Source: Sphaeroforma arctica JP610
Lineage: Eukaryota
Direction: 5' to 3'
Length of the DNA: 37,830 nt
Assembly (NCBI RefSeq): GCF_001186125.1
Contig: NW_014040027.1
Location: 1-37,830 of the forward strand
A program made the position numbers and the translations under genes. Numbering within the stretch: the stretch's first letter is position 1; the number at the start of each line of letters is the position of its first letter. The notes below the pieces were generated by a model, which was not told where the DNA came from, searched no databases, and worked only from the letters and a program-made list of their open reading frames with translations. Below are positions 1-11,600 of the stretch, piece after piece.

Positions 1-86
1 ACACAACAATGTACTTAAACGTTCTTTCAACTACTATGCTCTTCATTCATGTCCCAATTAAAAACATATCCGTGTCTTGTGTGCAG

Positions 87-916
87 ATTAAGGTCGGCAA
101 GTACATCAAGCAATTGCACTGGCTGCTGGTGATCTGTAAGGATAATACGAGGGAGCAACCGGCGCCGGTGGAAGGTGGGTTGCAGTTTGGGATTCATGAT
201 TTAGACTTAGAAGTTATCATATGGTATCATAACCGTAAGGAGGTATAATTTACGCTTCTCTCGATATACATGCACTATGCACTCATATTTGCATTTAAGA
301 CTAAAATATCGAGTTAAACACTCATATTATATAAAACAGGGAAAATGCCCTGGAGTGCATTCGGGGAAGACGTGACGCAACTAAAGACCGACTTCCCCAT
401 GAACACTTTAAAGAAGGGTGTTCTGCGATACACCTTTGAACCCCTCATTGTGGGCGATGGGTATGTACGATTAGTTTTCAGCGTTGTGTTCTCTTCTCGG
501 TGATGAATGAGGCGTATATTGCAGCTGTTTGTGCGAGATTGTATATTTTCAAAGAACGGAGATATGGGCTATTTAACAGATTCTTTATTTTGGTACGTAA
601 TTTCAAAATATATATAGAAGCATATATGAAATGTAATTCGCACGGATTTCTTCCCACAATCGAGCTTGCTTGAGAATATTCAGACAATCTAGACTATAGG
701 TTGCACATATACTCACACCGAATTACATTTTTAGACTGTGCGTTGCGAACTGGATATTCGAGAATCGCATTTTCTTAGTGCCTACCCTTCATGTTTCCTT
801 GAACACTCTATTTTCACAGATATGCGAGGGGGAGCACACAAACATTATGGATTTACACCTACGATCAGAACGATGTCGTACATCATCTCCACCAGACGGT
901 CCGCATGAGTGTGTAA
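87..916 (+). CDS. 3' end of an unidentified spliced protein-coding gene (hypothetical protein, 5' part outside window)
   Basis: Exons 87-174, 340-460 and 820-916 have AG/GT boundaries (gtgcag|...|gtgggt; aaacag|...|gtatgt; tcacag|) and compatible phases. They join to IKVGKYIKQLHWLLVICKDNTREQPAPVEGKMPWSAFGEDVTQLKTDFPMNTLKKGVLRYTFEPLIVGDGYARGSTQTLWIYTYDQNDVVHHLHQTVRMSV*. An alternative same-phase donor exists at 136. Family not recognised. Confidence 0.7.
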
Positions 917-1753
917 CATTTTATTTATGTATCCATGTATCTGGTGTATGTATGTGTATGTTTATAAAAAATGGTTAACATCTGAGATTTTTATATTTCG
1001 CCTCAATCATAGCATGCAAGCATAGATTTCTTGTACGCATGGTTATGAATAATTAATATTTATCAAAGTATATCAATTTTTCAGGGCAACATTCTAGTAT
1101 ATCTCTTTTTCATGCTCTGTTTTAAGTGTATAAGCATATTTAATACAAACCTACTGTTTGTATGAGTATACTACGGTTTCTACGAAAGTCATCCCGCGTC
1201 TGTTGGAAAACACAGAATATTTATTCGCGCATAGTGGTATTCTTTGAATGAATATGGCTGATAGATTCTTCGAATGTGTGTATTTGATGGAGATTCTCAT
1301 CAGCGTCTTTGTATGCTCAGTATACATGTACGCTTCATGGCTTAAACTAAATGGTTCTCATGAACACGCCAAGTGGGCAATCCAAACCCCCCCAATAAAG
1401 ATATGACAGATTCTGATATCAACTCTCCCCTCCCCATTTCTTTAGGCTCATTATACGCATTGACTTACAGTTATATCGTACTGTTAGTGGTCCAGACAGC
1501 ACTAAAACATAAACTAATCGTACGGTCGCACACCTGGGCACCGTCTATCCAGTGAATAACTATTATTACATTGTGGGTATATTGCATCAGAACTCTTGTC
1601 ATATGTATGCACTCCATCGCTACCAACGGATCCACTGTATAATGTATATTGCGATCGATACACATTCTGATATACAAAGACTTCAATTGACTATAAATGT
1701 TTAATGAGGCTATCACACACTCTCTGGTACACTCTCGTATACAATAACTTTAG

Positions 1754-4015
1754 TTGGCCAAGCAGACTCGGCGGGAGGAAGTAGATTACCAGTGAGTACA
1801 CTGTCACGCGTGTCATCTCGAGTGAGCACTAACAGCACAACAGAGAGTTTGCACAGCACCACCTCAGAGGATAGCCAGCCACCACCACCGGCATATGCGT
1901 ATGTAATAAATCAGAACATAATGAGTGTATGTAGCAAGTTTATGTATATTTTATTTGAGTGTATGTGATACATAAGTTCATGTAGCAATCAAGTATATCT
2001 AGTTTCATATATATTCTCGAGGCAGTTCCACCAGCACGACAGAAAGCATACAATTATCCATTCAGACGAGAGTCAGCATCCACCAGCATACACATATATT
2101 CTTGGACGGGACATATTCGTGTGGGTTACAAATAATTTAATGTAATCAGGAAGCGTGTATTACATATAGATACAAGCGAAAATACGTGTATGTATCATAT
2201 AAATGCAAGTAGCAAGTGATAGCAAGTGTGTGTACATAATGGTTGAGCGCTTTTTTGTTGTAAGCGTAAGGAATACGTAGGAGGCTATTGCGACAGCCAC
2301 CTTATTGCCCACTTTAATTTCAGCAATCCCACTAATGAATAATTAGTATATGGCTGATACAAGATATTCAACGTCCGTAGTTGATATCCTATCAGCATCT
2401 GTATATGCTGCGCATGTGGCAATTGAACGTTGTGCGTGTATAACCGGCTATAGAAAATCAATAAACGTAAATGTTGCGAATGTCGCTAATACTTTCATGT
2501 TGCAAATGGATGTGGTGAGAAAGTGGGCGCATACATCAAAACAAAACGGCATATATGCAGCGTTTGCAGCGGGTTTGAGCATACCATATCTACATGGTGG
2601 CATTTGAGCATGTAAAACGTGACAGAAAATCACTACATGTTTATAGCTATGTGTGTAGCACGTTCACACTATTCCAACTTTCCCGCATGAATACACGACC
2701 TTGACCCGAGTTCCCATACCCCATGTAGGTCGTGAAACATCTAACTTTATACCTACTCGTTTGCCGCTTTCCAAAATTACCAGTTACATATTCGAACGTT
2801 CCATACTTGACGCACCCTCTGTGTGCAAACTGTACCTGCAATTAAAATACTCTACAATCTAACAGTCTAAATTATACCGCTTCACTCTCTACCTTCATCA
2901 CGATACGCTAGGTGTGTATGCTACTTCACCCCCCCCCCCCCAACCCCCGGCGTTGGGAGAGGATTTGAATCAATCGTATCTCGGAGACGAGTATAGTGTT
3001 TGTACGCTCACCATCTATGCACATATATCTGTTGTTGTATTCGACATGTACACATGCATTGCTGGTTCCTCATGAGACCACTGCTCGCACTGACAATACT
3101 CGACTCCGTAGTCGGCACATACATTTTCAGCCCACCAAGCCACTACCGACTCATGGAATGAGCTCTACACCATAAAAATCCATAGATTTTCAAAATGTAC
3201 TCATGATTTTTGTTTATTCTTGTCCAATAGGGAGCCAGACGGTCATGCAGTCTCTAATGACAGCATGCAAGACGCTCGCGGAAGAAGCAAAGGTATTAAG
3301 AAAAAAAACAGCACCGCATCGAAGATTTTGAAACCGAGAATGACAGATGATGTCGTAAGTACACCCGATGAAGTTATCAAGAAGAAAACCCTGGCCACGG
3401 TTGAGGTTTACTTGTTGGTAAGTGCCTGATTTCTGTATTTTAACCAGTGATATCTTCTTGTGTTGGTTAGGGTCAGTCTTAAGGGTTCAAGAAATATTGT
3501 TCAAAATCAAGGATACAAGGGCCAGAGTCCTAAAATGACTGTGTCTTCGGGTGGGCTTTTATGGACTATTTCAGATTTATTTTTAGCCTGATAAGGAATA
3601 ACCGTAAAAATTGGCAAAGAGTGCGATTAAAAGAAATGTGAGGCATAGTACGGTGATTATCAATATTTTGAAGATTCCGTAAAACCGTCCTACCTTGATT
3701 GTCTTTGATTCTTGATTGTAAAATCAAAGTGCTATCCGAATTTGACGAAACGCACTTCTGTTTCGCGTTCAACTTTCAAGGTTATAAAGGATTTCATTGG
3801 CTAATGTGCCTTGATCGAAAATTTGAATGTGGAAACTTGAACCCTTAAGACTCGCCCTTATAAAATCGATGGCTGAATGCAAAAAGATTAGTTTGATAGT
3901 GGTAGTTAAGAGTTCTATTTCCAGCGGCGAACTGCCCTTATAGATACTTTTATTTCTCTTTTAAAAATGCTTTGATATTGTTTTTTTTTAGTTCGATGCG
4001 TTTCTAAAGTTATGA
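1754..4015 (+). CDS. Possible small spliced gene (or relic) encoding a Ser/Thr-rich, PPxY-containing, basic low-complexity protein
   Basis: Candidate exons 1754-1898 (tttag|...GQADSAGGSRLPVSTLSRVSSRVSTNSTTESLHSTTSEDSQPPPPAY|gtatgt, phase 2), 3231-3417 (aatag|EPDGHAVSND...TVEVYLL|gtaagt) and 3992-4015 (poly-T ag|FDAFLKL*) join in frame. No start exon or homology identified. Confidence 0.35.
3470..3857. mobile_element. Non-autonomous DNA transposon (MITE), PIF/Harbinger (Tourist-like)
   Basis: 22-bp TIRs GGGTCAGTCTTAAGGGTTCAAG (3470-3491) and CTTGAACCCTTAAGACTCGCCC (3836-3857), 2 mismatches. Flanked by a TTA target-site duplication (3467-3469, 3858-3860). 388 bp, AT-rich, no coding capacity. 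Confidence 0.85.
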
Positions 4016-5655
4016 CCATCCTCAAAATGTAACTGCCTCTGAGAGAAACAAGTTCCGTGCACTTCTTGATTTATATGTTTTAATTTAAGATTCGAATCCT
4101 TGCTGACTACACAAGTGTAAGTTCCTCTATCGCACACGTGAACTACGAGTGTATATCCTCATCGAGTGTGCATAGTTCTTACAGTGATAAAACAACCCAT
4201 AGTTTTTTTCTTCTGTCATTGGAATCAGCACATTGCATCCACTAGCATTATGAGATGTACCTGCGCGAGTGTATCCACTGTCTACAATTGTGTATTACAT
4301 ATTTGTACAATACACCATTTCTTTTGATTTGTTTCATGATAACAATACTCTTGTTGTCCATAATGCAATATACGTGGACTATCCGTATCCTAACTAACTT
4401 TGTGATTCTCAACTTTTGGGAATTGAAACTATACAGGGGATCATCCTACTGCAATTTATAGTGATCGTCACACTAGCGAGACTGGTATACACACAGAGTC
4501 TGCGCATTGCCTATCTCGAGCCCGAGGGTTGGGAACCCAATGCATGACTCGCCATAGATACAAACAAAGTAAAACCTAAATCATGAACATAAAAAGAATA
4601 TAATTCTATTTTTCCTTCCAGATTTGAATGATGACGCCAAACAAGGATATTGTCATATTTATACGATAAGAGTAAGCAAAAAAATTAGTACATAAGTGTT
4701 CTCAATGTCCAATAAACGCGTAAGGCCATGGCCCCGTGAAGTGGGAGCCAAGCCCCCGCATTCAAGGGCAACACTATATTGAACATCAGCCGTCGGTTTA
4801 TTCTGCTGTTGAAACCCCTGTCGTATATTTGGCTGACCTTACACTGCGTTCAACTGTGAATTTGCATCTCACTCAGTTTTGACTGAATAAGGTGCTTTGC
4901 CTCTATTTGGGCTATGCTGCTATGGCGTGGCTATTAGTATCAGCTCCTAAATTGTATATGTGTGTGAACCCATTGATGTTGCTATTCAGATAAATGTATC
5001 GCACAGCAATGCCTCGTACACATTTGCATATAATGGCACTGCGAAGACTTCCGTTTTCTTTTTACGTTCTACGCGCATTTTGCGCCTTTCGTCTTCAACG
5101 TCTCCAGCATGTTTTCGCATATATACAAGCACATATGTTTGAGTACATATGCACCCATATTTTTTTTTGGAATGTGTGACCGTATGTACACATGCGATGA
5201 TGTAGCTAAAACAATACCGAAGCCACATAGTATCCAAGGTTGCATCCTCCGAGCAAAAAAAAACCCCCACAATACCGTTGTCGGTTAAGTAAGAGTATCT
5301 CAATTCGACTGTGCGTACTCTGAACTTCCTCTGAATACATAGATCCAGTTTGAGCACCATTGTGAACCCACTGAGCATACTCCTTTTCCTGATGCTTCAA
5401 CATCGAAGGTTTACGTTGGACCTGAATCTATAGTGTATAAATAATTAGCCAGTTTTGTCTGGCTGGGCCCGTCTACTATCAAGGTCCGTTGTAGACAGCA
5501 TAGTTGCGTTTATAGCTGCGAGTGCGCACATCTGCCTCGCGCCCCTTATGCTCGATCTGTGATGTTATCGAAACCTCGACCACATATGGTAAATCCATGA
5601 ATTTGCGGGTAACTGAAAACTGCGAAGGGTATTGTAAGTACTGAATAGTCCTGAT

Positions 5656-8600
5656 CTACCCCTGCGATGGGATTGTGTCGTCATACGGCCGCAAATCAAG
5701 CGTGAGCGAGTTGCTTGCTTCAAGGGCCTTATCTCTGTAGATGCCTACGATTCCATCGGCTTTGTCGTAGAACGAGTCCTTGAGCGAGATGACAATGCAC
5801 TGTAGTAACGAATGATAAGAGAGGCTTACAGGATGCAATCAGAAACAGAGGAATCATATTTGTTACAAAACTGAACTACTGTTGTCAAAAAGTGGCATGC
5901 CTAGGTTCTGGTTCTAAGTGGATCAAGAATGCTTAGACTAGTGTAACACTAGTGTAGAAATACCGAAGACGCACAATGATACACCCGAAAAGTGGTACCG
6001 TACATACAACAAGGATATAGCCTACCATCAACACGTAAAAAAATTATTCTCGGAGTTGGTATAGCAACTTAGATGGAAAATTGACAAAAACAATTTAAAA
6101 AAAATGCTGATGCAGTGTCTAGATAAAACTTATTGAACGACGGGTGTGATAAACACTGAGAACGCGTGCGAGGAAGTTACCACCACGTTGAGGAGACACG
6201 GACGCAGTGTAGGAGAAATACACTGATGATCATAGAAATACTGACAAACGGCTAAGAATTACACCAATCTGCTAAGACATGTGAGACAATGACCAATAAT
6301 AAATCAACATACACAAACAACTTTTGCGAGTGACTACAAAAGGCATGCATGTGGAGCTGGTGTTGGCACGTGCAACGACAAGGTAAGTTTGTTCAACAGG
6401 CTGTGTATAGAAGCGTTTTGCTTGATCCAGAGTGAAATACCTGGAAGTCGCCAGACCGCTGCTTGATGTACGTCGCGACTTTGTGCACATTGACTGCATC
6501 AAGCGCGGCGTCAATCTCATCCATGATGAAGAAAGGCGACGGCCGAAAGCTATTCGGTACGGAGTGCAAATACAATTAAGCAAGGTCTCAACATTCTTGA
6601 GCTATATCTATCAAGTCCGATTTAAGCAAGGTTTCATCAGAATAGATATCAGTTGTGACCTTCTCATCACAGCTGCCTACGAACATACGCGCAGATGAAC
6701 ACATACAGCTCAAGTAGGACACATCGAAACATTTCAGGTCATTTACCTATGAATCGCAAACAGTAGAGCCAAGGCTGCAACGGTCTTCTCGCCTCCACTG
6801 AGCTGTTCCATGTCTCGGAAACGCTTAGAGGGAGGCATCGTGTTGTATTTGATACCGTACAGATACGGCTCCTACGGGTATGAGGCAAAGCACAGAACAG
6901 AATGAGAACTACTACGCGATGTCAGTGTTTGATTTCGGGCAATTCAACGAAAACCTGTACTTGGTACGTCTGCATAATGTCTCGTTAGAATTGGAGAGAC
7001 CCCAAACAATTCGAGAATTATGGCGATAGAATTTGATTTCCGAAACGTTGATACAAAAATCAATTCATAGAGCTGGTATCAGGAGTACACCACGGAATAC
7101 AATTGACTGTGATTTCGCAACTGGCGTAAATGGTCGCAAAGACTGTCTCAAACTCAAGGCTATAAAAGGCAGTTCTTCGAACCGGCTACACCGGTGTACT
7201 TTATTCATGATGTAAAGTATGGACTTGCGTCCAACTCAGATATTCTAAACCACTCACGACTTTCATCCAAAAGGGTATTAGCTGAAAAGACAGTCATCTG
7301 GATACAACGAAGAGTGATGTGAAGATTCTCAATAGCTGTGATAAGACATGCACGTATAAGTATGGAAGCTACGACATTCAAGAAAATATGTAACGTTCGT
7401 ACAGATACGTTAGAAAATTCTGATATTGACACACATTGATACACAAACACACAAAGGCTTGCTTGTGCTGTATGTCTGTACACAACCTTACACACACAGG
7501 AAGACTTAATATCCTCACACACACCTCATTGCTCTCCAGAGTCAGGTATGCTGTGCCTCCAGGGGCCCTCGACTTCACGTTACGCGTGAGCTCTTTGTAG
7601 ATGGTATCGATCTGGCCCGAAATATGTGTGTAAGCCTTGTCGAACCTGCAATGTGATGGATGGATGACAGTATGTAGACGTATGAAACTAAGGTTTGCGA
7701 ATAAACTGTACTCGATTGTTCCGCAGATACGATGAAGGATGATTAAATATATTTTTCTTCTTCAATTAAGGTAGCAACCTCAAAAAGGTGATTGATCCTC
7801 GTGTACTAGCAATGTAATCGATGAAGCGACAGCATAAAGGCAAACAGCAATATACAAATGCACAGACCATTAGGTATATCGACATGCAATTTGCATGGCA
7901 CTATAAAAACTATTAGCTTGAACGTTCTATAGCAAAAACCGATTTCGATAGTGCGTCTTTGGCAGCCAACTCCTAATATCGCGACATATAATACCCACGC
8001 GCTCGAATATTAGAATCAACGGATAAAGATCTATCTTTTGGACCCGTACCATCCATCTACTGAATACATACAGGAAGGCAAAGGCACCTTTCAATAACAC
8101 GGCGTGCTCGCTTTGAAAGCATACGAGTGTAAAATATCAAGGCAAAATGACATATTTGAATATCTGCAAAGATAATCTCCTTGTCTAGACTTAGAGAATT
8201 TGTTGTAACGGGCTGCAGGTTTGTGGATACGCATTCACACTATATGTATGTCTAGGAATATTTCAGCACATGTATATACCCGTGTCAACAACATACAATT
8301 GGAACCGCTTCTTCTGCATGGCGCGAAATTGGGAATCCGCTTTCTCTGCTCTTTCTCGCGCGGCATCGAATTCAACCTGCAATATCAAGTAAGATAATTT
8401 GTCGCGATTATCAACACGCGTTTCGTTGGGTAACTACTACTGCGAAAACTTGGCATCCGATGCAATCTACATCTTAGTATTCCTCGTTAATGCAGAATTT
8501 AAGCGCGTCCAAATCCTATAGAAAGGTTTGCAATTGTGTACACACGAGAGGTGCCATGTATTTTAGCTATTGTGTAAACACGATAGAATCATCGGTACCG

Positions 8601-11600
8601 GTATTGTGCATAAATGGTTTAGCACAAATTTTTAGCTGCACGTGTGTTTCCAGCGTTTAACTGAAAATTATCTATATCGTCTGAATACTACGTATGTGTA
8701 AATATAAGTATGTAAACAATAATATAACGTGCCTCGATGGCCTTCAAGCGCTTGCGTACACCGTCCAGCTTCTCCACCGCCTTCATATTAGGAGCCATGT
8801 TGTCGATCTTGCTCGCAATTTTCTTCAGTTTCTCGGTGTATTGTGCCATTACACTAGCTACGTCGCTGGGGTCTTCTGTACAAGTGACGTTGTCCGGAAT
8901 TACATACATTCGCTTAAGTTTACATATGGTTTACACGTACAATTGCGACACTTGATCAGACCACCAGACAAAGCTATAACCTTTTACAAAAGAAGCTCAC
9001 GAAGTAAATTTTGTCTCCTATTAAAATTCCAGTTGGTGTACATACCTAAACTTCGGATCTCATCCGATAACTCATCGAAATTGATTTCAATGCCCGCGTC
9101 TGTGAGCACATCTTCTGATACAGAGACGTCCCTCTCATCCACATCCATAGTATCGTCCGCCGAGGTATTCATACCTGAGATATAGTGGGGAATTGAACAT
9201 GCATGCATAAATTATAATGCACCAACAGGTATGTATATATATATATATATATATATAAGAGTAAATTTGTACACGTATACTCATGTATGTGTAAAATGAC
9301 GATGTAAACATGTTCCTCCCAATTACGACCTTGTGTATTCCGGAAATAATATACTTAAGCATACTAAAATAACAATATTGCACTTCCAGTCGTCCATTAA
9401 AGCATTTTACATGCATCCACTACGGCCGAAATTGTCATCCATTGAAAAAGGTAGTGAATCTACACCCGCTTACCATCCGGCAAAAACACGATACATAGAC
9501 AAGTAGTGTTAGAGCCACATTCGCAATCACTCCCCCTGCCAATCCATTCATCGGAAAAGCAGCAAATACATACTCAACGTGGTAGAAGTTTCTGCCCCAT
9601 TCATATTACAGAATCAATGCATAAGTACTCACCCGCCAAAGCCACATTCTCCATCTTGCCCTTCTTCAACGGGATTTCGATCTCCTCCACTAAGCACGCC
9701 ATCAGAAGCGAGCGCCGTTTGCTACGTGCTTGTTTCAAGTCGTTCAGCTTCGAGGCCTGTTTCGAAATTGGGACAGAGTCAGATGTAGATATTGCAACGA
9801 TCAATGTCTACATAGAATACTGCACATATGCAAATTTTCTAGATATGTGGATTAGACACGAATACCTATGAAGCTACCAAGAGAGCTTCTGTTATATTTT
9901 CGATCACCTGTGAAAAAGATGGCGATAGGGACATGAAACAGAGAGTACAGCCGAATACACTGAGATTCATCCAGTCAGATAGGGCACGCATCAAAAAAAA
10001 ATATGTTATACATATTCTGTATGATTACACGATAATAGTCAGTTGTGGAAAAAATATTTCGCGACAAAACTTGTCTACTTTCGAATAAAAAGCTATGCAT
10101 TGCTGCGGCAGTGAATGATTTGTGGGAGCGCGATCATTCGTGGGCGCGTACTCACACAACGTATACGAGCTGTGTAATGTAAGCATACAAAGACAATTAC
10201 ACGCACCCCAAGGTGCACATGCGCATAAAGAACGTTGTGCAGCATTGTGTAAAACGGATGGGCCGTAGGCCACACCGCAAGTCATAGCTTGCGCATCTCT
10301 ATAGGTAACAATACCAGACCATTTGATCGTTGTCATTCGCGTCAACAAACCAAACAAGAGTCAATACGGAACTCGTGTGTACGCGCACATGCCATCTACA
10401 TACCAGGCTATGCGCTGGTGACTAATACCTCTGCAACCCCCCAGAAAAGTGTGTTTGCGCACATACCATCTTCTGCTGGGCGCTGTTGAGGTGGTCTGAT
10501 GCGGAGTTAACCTGTTTTTTGAGTTCTCTGACACTTACATCGATCTCGTCAACTTTGGTTTTGAACTGATTCTGGTCATTGATAAGTGTGGCCAGTTTCT
10601 CTTCAATGGCAGTCATGGACTCCGAAAGCGTGATGGACTGTGTTTCGAGCAGCCCGAACTCCTCCTGGAGAGCTGCAATAGCCTGTGTACCAATGAGACA
10701 ACGAGCATTTAGTAGAGCTACAAGACCAAAGCCTGCCATATCAGCACCCAAAATTAACGATAGTGCGCTCGTACCCTTTGGCAATCTTCACCTGCTAAGA
10801 CACGAGACCGACTTCTCGAAACGAGTGAACTATGTAGGCGGCTGATGCGCCTATCAAACCATACTATTTCATGCCCATGACACGAAGCTTTCCCTACTAG
10901 CACCCACCCATCGGCCACAATTCACCCACACGTACCTTCTTGGCAATCCTCACTTGCGAAGATACGAGGCGTGACTTCTCAAATTCGAGTGAGCTCTGCA
11001 GGCGGCTGATGTGACTGTCAAATTCCAAGAGTTTTCGTGCACGCTCACGCTGGACCTTGATTTCGGTACCCTGTGGTTCGATTAGATGCGCAAAATGCAG
11101 TTAGCTTATATCGCTCTATGGTCTCGCTATGTGAACTCTGTTTCTGGGTGTGAGGTGATGTAATATGAGTGGTGTTGGGTATTGTGCGAGCGTAACTTAT
11201 GTTATGAAACAAAGACATATATGTAAGGCCTGTACACACCTCGTAGTGGGAGATATTGTTGACCCCCACACTTCTGCATCCCTCTAACCCTCGAGTACTG
11301 TGATCTATGTACAGACTCGTGGTCATAGGAATAGACATCTGACCTGTAAGTACCTTCTGAAATCGTATTTTCTTTATCTCCACACAAGCATATAAGTCTC
11401 CAGTTTCTTGATATGTAGACACACGCGTACATAGCCATTGTCACAGATATACGTTTGGTACATACCTCGTAGTCTCGGATATTGTTAATTCCAACACTTG
11501 CACAGAATTCCGCGAACACTTGGTCCACCACTGCATCTCTTTCTCTCTCGAGTACCGTGACCTTTTCCTTCGCCTTGGCGGCTGCTTGGCTGTATTTATT

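Noticed and set aside
1255..1310. Hammerhead-ribozyme-like CTGATGA-GAAT...ATTC-GAA on the - strand
   Set aside because: The core reads GAAG rather than GAAA, and no stem I/III pairing was found.
4986..5430. Protein-like minus-strand ORFs downstream of SMC1 (MLKHQEKEYAQW..., RKHAGDVEDERRKMR...)
   Set aside because: No consistent spliced model or recognisable homology could be built; may be UTR or intergenic.
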